Of a DNA stretch of 27,167 nucleotides, positions 1 through 9,662 are shown piece after piece. Below the pieces are notes generated by a model that saw only the letters and a list, made by a program, of their open reading frames with translations, had not been told where the DNA came from and did not search any database. The position numbers and the translations under genes were made by a program. Positions within the stretch are counted from its first letter, which is position 1. Every line of letters starts with the position of its first letter. Source of the DNA: a virus (Duplodnaviria; Caudoviricetes); the IMG/VR virus record IMGVR_UViG_3300029319_000396, positions 1 through 27,167 of that record, one strand, 5' to 3'.

Positions 1-212
1 AGTATGATGTTTTTACTAAGGATGACACTGGATTACGCAGGCATAAATCAGTAGATGCAGAAGTAATGAATGGTGACTATCAAGCACTTGCATATGGTGC
101 GCTAATTCGTTTTCAGGCAGGTGTGTATACGCTTAATGATGAGTGGTCCATTACATTCCAATCAGATGATGTACAGGTGGGAACTGTGCGCAGTGGACAG
201 ATTTATAGATAA
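1..212 (+). CDS. 5'-truncated CDS, probable virion neck/structural protein
   Basis: Open frame from position 3 (YDVFTKDDTG...SGQIYR) to TAA at 210-212; lies directly upstream of the tail genes. Confidence 0.6.
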   Translation, partial: YDVFTKDDTGLRRHKSVDAEVMNGDYQALAYGALIRFQAGVYTLNDEWSITFQSDDVQVGTVRSGQIYR

Positions 213-232
213 TGTCATCCATAAAGGTATAA

Positions 233-655
233 GTGATGGCTATATCGTTTGAAAATGTCATCTTTGATAGAGTTATTGAAAATATAAATGATATTATTGC
301 GAATGAATTTGGAATACAAATATTTTACGATGAACATCAAGGAAATCAAAGTTTTCTTTTGCAGCCTGTTAGTGATGAGATATTAGATACATTATCTAGT
401 GGACAAATACGAGAAGTGACTATATCGATACAATACGAATTAGATTTAAGTAACAAAATAAATAAAAATTCATTTAAACAAGTAATGATGGTAACAGAAA
501 GATTAAAAAGATTATTGTTTAATAATAACACATACAGTGTAAGTGGTACGAATCAATTTCGTAATGGCAGTGTAGGAAGTGTTGAATATGAACAAGAAGA
601 TGATAAAATCAGAAGCACCACAACATTTTCATGTCAAACATTGGAGTTAGTATGA
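233..655 (+). CDS. Putative tail terminator/tail completion protein
   Basis: 140 aa ORF shortly upstream of the tail tube gene; size and position fit. ATG at 236 may be the true start. Confidence 0.5.
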   Translation: MMAISFENVIFDRVIENINDIIANEFGIQIFYDEHQGNQSFLLQPVSDEILDTLSSGQIREVTISIQYELDLSNKINKNSFKQVMMVTERLKRLLFNNNTYSVSGTNQFRNGSVGSVEYEQEDDKIRSTTTFSCQTLELV

Positions 656-843
656 TAGTTAAGGCAAAAAAAGAGTATAAAGATTTACCAGATAATAAGA
701 ATTTTATTGCATTAGGAAAAGCAAGCACACATTTGAAATTGTTAGCAGGTATGGAATGTGAAGTGTCAAAATCTTTATTACCTTTATCAAAAGAACTATT
801 AAAAGCATTAGAAACTAAAAAAATTAAAAGTGAGGACAAATAA
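652..843 (+). CDS. Small basic hypothetical protein
   Basis: ATG at 652 with GGAG upstream; overlaps the previous stop and is coupled (TAATG) to the tail tube start. Confidence 0.65.
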   Translation: MIVKAKKEYKDLPDNKNFIALGKASTHLKLLAGMECEVSKSLLPLSKELLKALETKKIKSEDK

Positions 844-1859
844 TGGCTAAAAGCGCACTATTTCAAACAAGCCAACAAACCAATGTCATAATAGGCACTG
901 AAGCTACATTTGGCACAAAAGCTGCAACAGGAGCAACAAGAATACACATGCCTGTTACAAGCTATAGTTTTTCTGAGGTTGCTAATCACACATTAGCAGT
1001 TGCGCCATTTAGAGCAGGTGCAGGTGGAGCAACACAATCTACAGAAATGGTAAAAGCACAAAGACATGATAGAATGTATGAAATTACTTTAGAGTTTATG
1101 GGTTCGCCACAAGCAATTAATAGAGTTTGTTTAGCATTGTTTGGTGATGATGATGGCACAAATGCATTAATTGGTTCAATGCCCACCACAAGTAATATAA
1201 GTGGTAGCACCGCAGTTCCAGTTACTATTTATTTTGATAAAGGTAGTGCAAGCGCAGCAGATACTGCAATTTCTTTTACAAGTTGCATGTGTTCATCGTT
1301 TGCATTGTCTGGAGACATTGGTGGTAATGGTGGTGTTATTATGGGATCAGCTACATTTGTTACTGGATTCAATCCAGATAAAGCAAATATCTCATTTAGT
1401 GGAGGAACTGAAACTACAATTGCTGCGCAATCAAGCTATTTTAATATGCATGATCTTTCTGCAACTACGATTACACCTTCTGGTGGTAGCGCAGAAGATT
1501 TAGTTTTATTTTCTTTTGAGTTAAATATTGCAAGGGCAGTAAATAGAGTAGGATTTGATACTGCTGCAAATAGCTTTGCTCCATTAGGATACGTTGTAGG
1601 TGGTTATGAAGTTACTGGATCAATGACAGTCAAAAGAGATGCAGAGTCAGATGCTGCTATTACCTACGCAGATACCGCCGAACCAGTTTGCGCAGTAAGC
1701 ATTACAGATGGAACATTTGCAATAGCAGCACCTAAAGCTATCATTGACCAATCATCAATTAACTTTGATGAAGATGGATTTAAAAGTGTTATACCATTTA
1801 GATGTACTTATGACGCTGCAAATACAAGCAATACTGTAGTTTCAATATCAACAGCATAA
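843..1859 (+). CDS. Major tail tube protein
   Basis: 338 aa, rich in Ala/Gly/Ser/Thr, N-terminal IGTEATFGT motif, GAGG RBS; precedes the chaperone pair and tape measure gene. Confidence 0.75.
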   Translation: MAKSALFQTSQQTNVIIGTEATFGTKAATGATRIHMPVTSYSFSEVANHTLAVAPFRAGAGGATQSTEMVKAQRHDRMYEITLEFMGSPQAINRVCLALFGDDDGTNALIGSMPTTSNISGSTAVPVTIYFDKGSASAADTAISFTSCMCSSFALSGDIGGNGGVIMGSATFVTGFNPDKANISFSGGTETTIAAQSSYFNMHDLSATTITPSGGSAEDLVLFSFELNIARAVNRVGFDTAANSFAPLGYVVGGYEVTGSMTVKRDAESDAAITYADTAEPVCAVSITDGTFAIAAPKAIIDQSSINFDEDGFKSVIPFRCTYDAANTSNTVVSISTA

Positions 1860-1901
1860 ATTTAATCACGATCTCACGCCATTTTCATCGAAGGATGAAA
1901 T

Positions 1902-2168
1902 ATGAAAGTAAAAACAGATCATGGTACTTTTGAAGTACGTGATATAACGTTTCAGGCTCGTAGAGAGTTACATAAGCTAGAAGTCAAAGCAATCACTAAG
2001 GATGGCGAAATTAATACTGAAAAGTTTTTTGATGTATTAGACTGGGTGCTTAACTTTGGTTTTAGTGATCCAGAAAAGGACCTTGGCAAGTTAGATGATA
2101 ATGCTATTGACTCAGTATTGATGTCAGTATATAATGCATACAAAGAGCCAAATCCAAAAAAGTCTTAA
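1902..2168 (+). CDS. Tail assembly chaperone (lambda gpG-like)
   Basis: Between tube and tape measure genes; ends PNPKKS on an in-frame A AAA AAG slippery heptamer. Confidence 0.75.
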   Translation: MKVKTDHGTFEVRDITFQARRELHKLEVKAITKDGEINTEKFFDVLDWVLNFGFSDPEKDLGKLDDNAIDSVLMSVYNAYKEPNPKKS

Positions 2169-2217
2169 TGCACCGCGTTGCGGTTTGGATGTCATATAAA
2201 CAGCAACCAAGCCGCAA
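2156..2217 (+). other. Programmed -1 ribosomal frameshift signal
   Basis: A_AAA_AAG at 2156-2162; the -1 frame reads without a stop into ORF 2168..2569; downstream stems ACCGC/GCGGT (2172-2184) or TTGCGGTTTGG/CCAAGCCGCAA (2178-2217). Confidence 0.75.
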
Positions 2218-2569
2218 TCTCCAGTTTCCATACGATGCGCAGTCTCCTACGCTAAAGAAAAAGATTACCTACACAGAAGAGGTATTATGGGAAGAGATAG
2301 CAAGGCTAGTAGATGAAAGCAAAGATGGAAAATTTACGCTTGGTGCAGCGTTATATTACTCATTAGTGTTTTGTGCTGACTCAACATATTTCTTAACGCC
2401 TAAGACTGTTTTTGCGCTTGAGGAGTATATGTCCATGAAGAGGTTTAACTTACCATTAGCAAAAACTATAGATGACGCAGATTATCATCGCTTAGTCATC
2501 TTTTCTGCTATAGATGAAGAATTTAACGCACTCCAATCAGAAGATATAAAGAAGCAAAGCAATGGCTGA
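2168..2569 (+). CDS. Tail assembly chaperone C-terminal extension (gpT-like)
   Basis: In the -1 frame relative to the upstream chaperone, no clear SD of its own, overlaps the tape measure start. Confidence 0.7.
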   Translation: MHRVAVWMSYKQQPSRNLQFPYDAQSPTLKKKITYTEEVLWEEIARLVDESKDGKFTLGAALYYSLVFCADSTYFLTPKTVFALEEYMSMKRFNLPLAKTIDDADYHRLVIFSAIDEEFNALQSEDIKKQSNG

Positions 2570-4727
2570 AAAAAAGTTTATCATTGAGGTTCGCACAAAA
2601 GGTTTTGCGCGAGCTAATAGAAATTTTAAGCAATTAAATACAGATGGCAAAAAATATGTAGAGACTACAAAAAGAATGCGTAGATCTACTGCTGGATTAG
2701 AAGCATCTTTAGGCTCTTTAAGAAATAGATTATTAGTAAATGCATTTGCGATTGCTGCTGTTACAAAAGGTTTTCAAGTATTTTTTCGCACTGCTGTACA
2801 GTTTGAGGATGTAAAAACAAGATTAGTTGGTCTTACAGGAAGTGTAGAAAATGCTGAGTTTGCATTTCAGAAGTTTAATGCAGTAGCATCTCAAACACCA
2901 TTTGATTTAGGTGATGTGGTGAATGCAGGTGCGCAGTTACAAGCCTTTGGTAGTGTAGCGACTGAAACAATACAACCTATAACTGATTTAGCTGCGTTTA
3001 TGGGTACAACTGCAACAGAAGCTGCCAATGCTTTTGGTCGTGCCTATGCTGGAGGAGCAGGTGCTGCTGACATTTTACGCGAAAAAGGCGTACTTAACAT
3101 TATCAAATCTTTTAAAGGAATTGAAGATTTAAGTAAGATAACATTACCAGAATTTAGAGATGCATTAATTGATGCATTAGAAGCTCCTTCCATTGGTATC
3201 GCAGGTAGCGCAGAAAGAATGTCAAAAACATTTACTGGTGCTGTAAGTAATATGTTTGATGCGTTAGGAAGATTAACTGCATCTTTAGCAGATCCATTTT
3301 TACCTACATTAACTAGCGCAGTCAATAAAGTTACTGATTTTGCAAAAGCTACAAAAAATATTATTGCGCCTAATACGATTACCAATTTTGATATGTTTGG
3401 TAAGAAAACTTCTATAGTGGAAAGAGAGTTAAGTATGATGACTGTAAAGCATCTACCTACACTTAGAGAAATGTTAAAAAAGGCTGAAGAAGAATCTACA
3501 AGGTTTCAAAAGTCTCTTGATGATCAAGCAAATGCAGCGCAAAGATCTGGAGATATTTTTTCTGGTGAATACAGATTAGCAATCGATACTGGCAGTCAAA
3601 CACAAGAAAACTTTTTTAATAAATTAAAAGATGGAACATTAACAATAAAAGAGCAAACAGAAGAACAAGCAAATCTTACAGGATCTTTTTTAAAAATTAC
3701 AGAAGCAGCAGAGCAACAAACCGATATTCAAGAAACAACAAATAATACCACAAACCGCGCTACTGAGTTGGTTGCACTATATACTGAAAGAATAAAAGAA
3801 CTTGAATTAGCACAAAAAAATCAAACAATTGCAACAGCAGAAGCTAACGCTGAAGAAATGCGCAGAGAAACTTTAATTAAAGCTCAAGCAGAATTACAAA
3901 AGATGCTTGCTGAAGAAGAAAAGAAAAAACAATCTGCTGCTGAATTTTTTAATGAAGATGATGAGCGCAGAAGAATAAACTTAGCTGCGCAAAAAGAATT
4001 AAATGATTTACTTGCTGATTCAGAAAAAGAAAGGTTAGATATATTATCTTCATTTAATTCATTATTTACTCAAACCGATGAAGGCCAGCGCAGGAATATT
4101 GAAAGCACAATAGCTTTAATGGAAGCAAATAAACAATTAATTATTAGTCAAAACAATATCAGTGAAGCTGACTTTAAATCAGTAATTGCATCATTAAGTG
4201 ATGAATTACAAAATTTAGGTGAAAAAAATATTGATTTAAATAATATTTTTACCCAAATAGCTGGATCAATTAATGTGCTTTCATCCTCAATGAAAGCATT
4301 AGGAGATGAATCAGCAACGACAGCAGAAAAGAATGCTGCATTATTAAAAACAATGGGCGGTTTAATGATGACTTTGGGCGCAGGAACTCCAATCAGTGGC
4401 GTGGGAGCAGTTTTATCTGCATTTGGTGCAGCAATAGGACATACAGGTGGATATATTAAGCAAGATGGCAGTATCCAACGCTTTGCGACTGGTGGTATGG
4501 TCCAAGGTCAAGATAATGTACCTATACTTGCGCAGGCAGGTGAGTTTATCATGCAACGCAGCGCAGTGCAAAACATTGGAGTGCAAAATCTAGCTGATAT
4601 GAACAGAACTGGTAGCGCAGGTGGTGTGACTGTGAATATACAAGGCAACATGATTGGTAATGATGAATTTGTACGTGACAATTTAATTCCACAGTTAAAA
4701 CAAGTCTCTGATCAAAATCTAGCGTAA
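2562..4727 (+). CDS. Tail tape measure protein
   Basis: 721 aa helical, Ala-rich protein with a tape-measure segment (FASQTPF-like motif, TFTGAVSNMFD), a coiled-coil middle and C-terminal HTGG/FATGGMV...GEFIM motifs. Confidence 0.9.
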   Translation: MAEKKFIIEVRTKGFARANRNFKQLNTDGKKYVETTKRMRRSTAGLEASLGSLRNRLLVNAFAIAAVTKGFQVFFRTAVQFEDVKTRLVGLTGSVENAEFAFQKFNAVASQTPFDLGDVVNAGAQLQAFGSVATETIQPITDLAAFMGTTATEAANAFGRAYAGGAGAADILREKGVLNIIKSFKGIEDLSKITLPEFRDALIDALEAPSIGIAGSAERMSKTFTGAVSNMFDALGRLTASLADPFLPTLTSAVNKVTDFAKATKNIIAPNTITNFDMFGKKTSIVERELSMMTVKHLPTLREMLKKAEEESTRFQKSLDDQANAAQRSGDIFSGEYRLAIDTGSQTQENFFNKLKDGTLTIKEQTEEQANLTGSFLKITEAAEQQTDIQETTNNTTNRATELVALYTERIKELELAQKNQTIATAEANAEEMRRETLIKAQAELQKMLAEEEKKKQSAAEFFNEDDERRRINLAAQKELNDLLADSEKERLDILSSFNSLFTQTDEGQRRNIESTIALMEANKQLIISQNNISEADFKSVIASLSDELQNLGEKNIDLNNIFTQIAGSINVLSSSMKALGDESATTAEKNAALLKTMGGLMMTLGAGTPISGVGAVLSAFGAAIGHTGGYIKQDGSIQRFATGGMVQGQDNVPILAQAGEFIMQRSAVQNIGVQNLADMNRTGSAGGVTVNIQGNMIGNDEFVRDNLIPQLKQVSDQNLA

Positions 4728-7567
4728 TGTCTCTTACCAACGCACCAACTGTATCTAATATAAATGAAAACTGGTTGTTTCAGTTTACGGCTGATAATAA
4801 TAATGCAATGGAGTTTTTGAATGGTGATAATAACTATTTAGACTTTGGTGATATTTTAGCTACATACACTAGTTTTACTATTGAATTATGGATATTTTTA
4901 GATAGCACAGGACAAAAACCAATATTATCATTAGGATTTAAAGATAATCCAGAAGCAGAAGTAACAAATACTGTTTTTAATTTATCTATACCTTCAGGAG
5001 ATGATCTAACTGTTTCATATGAATATGGAGATGGTGATGCAGTAAATGAACAAGATACTGATTTTAGCATGGGTACATCTACATGGACACATATTTGTGC
5101 AACTAGAAATGATGCAGATGATAAAATAAGAATGTATAAAAATGGAGTACTAGTACACACAAGCAATGCTACAGAAGATCCTACTGGTGGAACATCTTCT
5201 TCTTTAGCATTGCTAATTGGAAGAAATCAAAACTATGCTAGTCCAAGTTTTTTTAATGGTAAGATGGCTCATGTACGTATTTGGGAAGTAGCTAGAAGTG
5301 ATGATGAAATAGCATTTAATTACAATCGATATGTTGATAATACAGCAACTGGTTTAGTGGCATATTGGAAATTAGATGAAGGTTTTGGAGATACTGTATT
5401 TGATAGTAGTGCAAATAGTAATAATGGCGCAGTAAAAAATAACAATAAAGTTGCAGGTCCTGGTGATGCTACAGTGTGGGCAAATGGCAGTTTTACACCA
5501 TTTATACATGCATTTGGTTTATCATTTAGAGATACAGAAGTAGATAGCAACTTTTATCATGGATCAGTTGTAAATCGCAGTATATCTATAAGAGATAGCA
5601 TTGATATAACTAAAGGCACAGCAAATACATCCAACATATCAATTACTAGTGCTAATTTTAGTATAAAAGGCACTGATTTTTATAAAACATTATTTAATTA
5701 CGCAGAGTCAAATTTTATTAATAGAAAAGTAATTGTTTATTCGCAGTTTCATAATGAAAGCACATTAAGTGATTGTCAAAAAATATTTATTGGTAAACTA
5801 GTCGATTTAAAATTAAATCAAAATGGCAACGTAACATTTCAGGTTAATACTCAACGACCTTGGGATGGTATTTCATTTCCACAAACACAAACTACTAACG
5901 GCATCTATCAACCAGTTGTGTATGGTGACTATACAATACATGGAGATAAAGATTTAGTACGTGAACATGCAAACGCTGTTTTTCCTGTACCTTTTAAACA
6001 TAAAAGCAGCACTACAGATTTTTTAATTGTTGCTCCAGTAGCTTCAACTAATATAAGACCATGTTACTATGATGCTACCGCAGATGCTTTTTTAGGAATT
6101 AAAGCAGATAATTATACTGCGGCTACAAAAGATTTAGATAGCGATTTTGATGCTAACACTAATATTGGTATAGTAAAACGCGAAATGCGTAGGCGTTTTA
6201 GAATAAATCCAGTTTCATTTAGTCAAGATGGTAGTACAACTTTTTCTACTCCTCAAAATTTATTAATGGATTCTTATGCTGCACAAGGTATGGTGCATGA
6301 TTTTGTAAATACACAAGCGCAGCAAGTAAAAAACTTTTTTGCTAATTTTGCAGCCGAGCTTGGTAAAATCAATGATATTGATTTAGACATTAAAGGCACA
6401 GTAACAACACCACCACAATCTGGAAATGTGTCATTATTGTTAAGAATTAGTTATAGCGGAGCATCTGGAGATTATATAGTTGAAAATGTAGGTGGTAGTT
6501 TTACTGCAGTTCAGTTTGTGCATTCATCATTAATTAATGTAGATGCAACCACAGCAGTTTCAGATACTGATTATTCTAGTATTGGATTAGGCTCAATCAC
6601 AAACAATAATATAAATACAATAAATTTAAGTAGTACAATATCAAGCAGTGGTTCTAATAGAAGTTTGACACTTACAATTACCGATTGTGTATTATATTTA
6701 GATGTGCAACATTCTTATGATGAAGATAAGGCAAATACAAATGTTAGCATTTCAAATCTATCGAATTTAAAACATCTTTATTTGCCTATAAATGGACTAC
6801 CTGCATCATGGGATAGTGGCGCAATAAGTCATGGCCATGATGCACATAGAGATTTATTGCAACGCTTTGCAGGTGTATCTAGTTCTGATCCAGTTGGTTG
6901 GAGTGATTTAAATACAGATAGAGCAATAGATAATTGGAAAATACGATATTGGCAACTAGAACCAGTTAAATTAAAAGACAAGCTAGATAAGTTAGCTTAT
7001 GAGTTTGGTTTTGTAGCAAAGTATACTGCTACAGAGGAATTAAAATACATTTATGTCAAAAAATCTACCGAGCTAAGTGCAACATTGAATTTAACAAAAA
7101 ATGACATAAGCAATGTAAATATTGCAACTACTGGTATTAATAATGTTATTACAGAAATGAAAATATCTAATAAGTTGCATCCAGCAATATCAAATAGATA
7201 TTATGACACAGTAACTGCTAAAAATACAACTTCAAGGATAAAATATAATTTAGGTGATAAAGAAGGTATTCAAACTATTAATCTTGATGCGCATGTTGGA
7301 GCAATACCTACTAGCGCAGCGGATGATTGCAACGCAGATTTTTATTCATACTATGACAATATTGTTGGTGATATAAAAATGCTTGTATCCTGTGATATAG
7401 TAAATTCAGCAAAAGGTTATCAATTAGAGACAGGAGATATAATCACATTTACAGATATGCCAGTAGAATTATTTAATACTAGCTTTAGTGATAGTATATT
7501 TTTTATGATTGTAGAATATAAACGCTCACCTGGAAAGGTAAGTATTACAGCAAGAGAGGTAGGCTAA
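4727..7567 (+). CDS. Tail tip/hub protein with N-terminal LamG (concanavalin A-like) domain
   Basis: 946 aa after the tape measure; FTIELWI, WTHICATR, MYKNG, FNGKMAHVRIW and GLVAYWKLDEG are LamG-type motifs; C-terminal LETGDIITF is typical of tail hub proteins. Confidence 0.7.
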   Translation: MSLTNAPTVSNINENWLFQFTADNNNAMEFLNGDNNYLDFGDILATYTSFTIELWIFLDSTGQKPILSLGFKDNPEAEVTNTVFNLSIPSGDDLTVSYEYGDGDAVNEQDTDFSMGTSTWTHICATRNDADDKIRMYKNGVLVHTSNATEDPTGGTSSSLALLIGRNQNYASPSFFNGKMAHVRIWEVARSDDEIAFNYNRYVDNTATGLVAYWKLDEGFGDTVFDSSANSNNGAVKNNNKVAGPGDATVWANGSFTPFIHAFGLSFRDTEVDSNFYHGSVVNRSISIRDSIDITKGTANTSNISITSANFSIKGTDFYKTLFNYAESNFINRKVIVYSQFHNESTLSDCQKIFIGKLVDLKLNQNGNVTFQVNTQRPWDGISFPQTQTTNGIYQPVVYGDYTIHGDKDLVREHANAVFPVPFKHKSSTTDFLIVAPVASTNIRPCYYDATADAFLGIKADNYTAATKDLDSDFDANTNIGIVKREMRRRFRINPVSFSQDGSTTFSTPQNLLMDSYAAQGMVHDFVNTQAQQVKNFFANFAAELGKINDIDLDIKGTVTTPPQSGNVSLLLRISYSGASGDYIVENVGGSFTAVQFVHSSLINVDATTAVSDTDYSSIGLGSITNNNINTINLSSTISSSGSNRSLTLTITDCVLYLDVQHSYDEDKANTNVSISNLSNLKHLYLPINGLPASWDSGAISHGHDAHRDLLQRFAGVSSSDPVGWSDLNTDRAIDNWKIRYWQLEPVKLKDKLDKLAYEFGFVAKYTATEELKYIYVKKSTELSATLNLTKNDISNVNIATTGINNVITEMKISNKLHPAISNRYYDTVTAKNTTSRIKYNLGDKEGIQTINLDAHVGAIPTSAADDCNADFYSYYDNIVGDIKMLVSCDIVNSAKGYQLETGDIITFTDMPVELFNTSFSDSIFFMIVEYKRSPGKVSITAREVG

Positions 7568-8625
7568 TGGCTAATCAAAACATACGTACACCAAGATTTT
7601 ATACTGATTTAATTAATTATCATAGAGCTAGAGGATCAGCAATTGGTAGCGTGACAGCTACTAACGCATCAAATGGTTTTGTTGGATTACCAACTAGTAA
7701 TAATGTTGGTGATTTGTTGGATTTACGACCACTAAATCAAGTTACGTTTGATACCAGCGCAGATACCGATGGACATGTATTATTTAATTTTACTTTTTCT
7801 TCGTCTAGCTACAAACAAACTTATGTCGCTATTCTTAATCATAATTTAAACAGTTGCGATGGTAGATTTAAAATATTTGCAGGTAATGCATCAAGTGACA
7901 TTACAGCATTAAATGGTGCTAATGCAGAAACTAGTGACATAAATTGGAGTAGTGCAGGAGCAACTGAAATAGTAAATGCCGATACTATTGCAGCTTCAGA
8001 TAGTAATAAAACAGTTACAGTAACACCTGCAAGTGATGGATCTACAATTTTAACCTTTAATGAAACGAATTTACGATACTGGGCAATACAGTTTGAAGGT
8101 GATACTGCGTGGGATTCTAGCACTGATTTTAAATTAGGTGGTGTGATGATTGGTGAGCATTTTGACATGCCACAATCACCAGATCTACAACTTACAAGAC
8201 GCATTCATTATGATAAGGTAGATATTCAAGAATCATTAGGTGGTCAAAGATTTGCGAATGCAACTAGTTTTGGTCGCACAGCATCTAGTACATCAAAAAG
8301 TCCATTTTCATTAGGTACATATGGTCAAACTACGTATGGTGGTAGGATTATTTATGACATGAATTTTAGTTTTCTACAGGCAAGTGATTTATTACCCAAT
8401 GAAACCACAGTGTATCAATTTGCAAATGATTCTGTTATATCTGATGCTTGGAATCTAACAGATGGACCACATAGACCATTTATTTTTAGTATTGATAAAA
8501 CCAGCACTGGTTCTAATGCAGAATCAGAGCATATGTTTGCTAGATTTAATCAAGACGCACTTGATATGCAGCAAGTTGCTCCAGACGTATATAACATTAG
8601 CTTGAGTATCGCAGAAGAGTTCTAA
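7567..8625 (+). CDS. Minor tail protein (possibly distal-tail-like)
   Basis: 352 aa beta-rich ORF coupled to the previous gene by TAATG; last gene of the tail module. Confidence 0.55.
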   Translation: MANQNIRTPRFYTDLINYHRARGSAIGSVTATNASNGFVGLPTSNNVGDLLDLRPLNQVTFDTSADTDGHVLFNFTFSSSSYKQTYVAILNHNLNSCDGRFKIFAGNASSDITALNGANAETSDINWSSAGATEIVNADTIAASDSNKTVTVTPASDGSTILTFNETNLRYWAIQFEGDTAWDSSTDFKLGGVMIGEHFDMPQSPDLQLTRRIHYDKVDIQESLGGQRFANATSFGRTASSTSKSPFSLGTYGQTTYGGRIIYDMNFSFLQASDLLPNETTVYQFANDSVISDAWNLTDGPHRPFIFSIDKTSTGSNAESEHMFARFNQDALDMQQVAPDVYNISLSIAEEF

Positions 8626-8633
8626 AATAATCC

Positions 8634-8674
8634 TTGCCAAGTGTTGACAAAGTTTCTTAGTTTCTGTCAACACT
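8634..8674 (+). promoter_or_regulatory. Putative promoter/operator with a perfect 10-bp inverted repeat
   Basis: AGTGTTGACA (8640-8649), 15 nt, TGTCAACACT (8665-8674), abutting the ATG at 8675; candidate TTGCCA-N18-TAGTTT promoter. Confidence 0.6.
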
Positions 8675-8863
8675 ATGAAAGAATTAAAACAACATATGAG
8701 AGAGTGTGGCTTTTCACAAAATCAATTAGCTAAACATATTGCACTCGATAAGTCCATGTTATCATTAATGATGAATGGCAAAAGAAAATTTAGACATGAA
8801 CATAAAGTCCGCATTGCGCGTGTACTTGGTATTAAGATGGATTTTATTAAATGGCCTTATTAG
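8675..8863 (+). CDS. XRE/Cro-like helix-turn-helix regulator
   Basis: 62 aa, GFSQNQLAKHIALDKSMLSLMMNGKR...IARVLG, a classic HTH_XRE pattern. Confidence 0.88.
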   Translation: MKELKQHMRECGFSQNQLAKHIALDKSMLSLMMNGKRKFRHEHKVRIARVLGIKMDFIKWPY

Positions 8864-8878
8864 ATTTGCTCCATAAGA

Positions 8879-8952
8879 CATGGGCAGTACCACTTTTAAT
8901 AGTGTACCCACAACTACTCTCTCTCTCTTAACACTATTAGGTGCTGCCCATG
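8879..8952 (+). other. Long RNA hairpin sequestering the next start codon
   Basis: CATGGGCAGTACC (8879-8891) pairs with GGTGCTGCCCATG (8940-8952, one G-U); TAATAGTGT (8897-8905) pairs with ACACTATTA (8931-8939); 25-nt CT-rich loop. Confidence 0.7.
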
Positions 8953-9159
8953 AAATTTAAAATTACAATTAAAGACAGTGATGAGCGATTCAAGTTTGCA
9001 CATGATTGTCGCAAAATATTCGATAAATCGAATACATACAAACCGCAGTCTAAGGAATCAGATATTGGTATTCAGGCAGAAATAACTGAAAAACAATATA
9101 AAAAAGTGATCGCCTTATTAGAAAGACGCGGATATTCATATAAACTAATTAAGGAGTAA
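8950..9159 (+). CDS. Hypothetical protein
   Basis: ORF MKFKITIKD...; ATG at 8950 preferred over GTG at 8941. Confidence 0.6.
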   Translation: MKFKITIKDSDERFKFAHDCRKIFDKSNTYKPQSKESDIGIQAEITEKQYKKVIALLERRGYSYKLIKE

Positions 9160-9162
9160 TCG

Positions 9163-9660
9163 ATGAGTGGTTTACTTAATGCTGATTATAGCGTGCCTTC
9201 CAGTGGTGAAAGCAGTTATATGAAGTTTGTAAAAGGTGAAAATAGATTCCGAATATTAGATACACCAGTAGTTGGTTATCAATATTGGCAGGATGATAGG
9301 ACACCAGTTCGTATTAAACTAGCTAACGAAGCACCTGCTGGTGAGAAGCCAAAACATTTTTGGCAAGTGCCTGTTTGGTCTGGTGGTCAAGTTAAGATAC
9401 TAGATATTACGCAGGCTACTGTGCAGAAGCAGTTGCTAGAATTAGATCGTAATAGTGAGTGGGGAAACCTATCACAATACGATGTAATTGTAAATAGAAA
9501 TGGCGATGGTATGGATACTACCTACACTGCAACGCCATGTCCTAAGTCACCGATGACCGATGAAATAACGAAGGCTTACAAAGAGTTTAAAGCCGACTAT
9601 GATCCAAACGCAGTATTTGAAGGAAACGCCGCTACCCAAGAAGAAGAGCTACCTTTCTAA
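9163..9660 (+). CDS. Single-stranded DNA-binding protein (phage type)
   Basis: AAGGAG RBS; KGENRFRIL...YDVIVNRNGDGMDTTY pattern and acidic EEELPF C-terminal tail typical of SSBs. Confidence 0.7.
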   Translation: MSGLLNADYSVPSSGESSYMKFVKGENRFRILDTPVVGYQYWQDDRTPVRIKLANEAPAGEKPKHFWQVPVWSGGQVKILDITQATVQKQLLELDRNSEWGNLSQYDVIVNRNGDGMDTTYTATPCPKSPMTDEITKAYKEFKADYDPNAVFEGNAATQEEELPF

Positions 9661-9662
9661 AT

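Noticed and set aside
346-8204. Minus-strand ORFs within the tail module (e.g. 986..1210, 3044..3385, 4834..5166, 7839..8204)
   Set aside because: Antisense shadows of well-supported plus-strand genes; no RBS or recognisable motifs.
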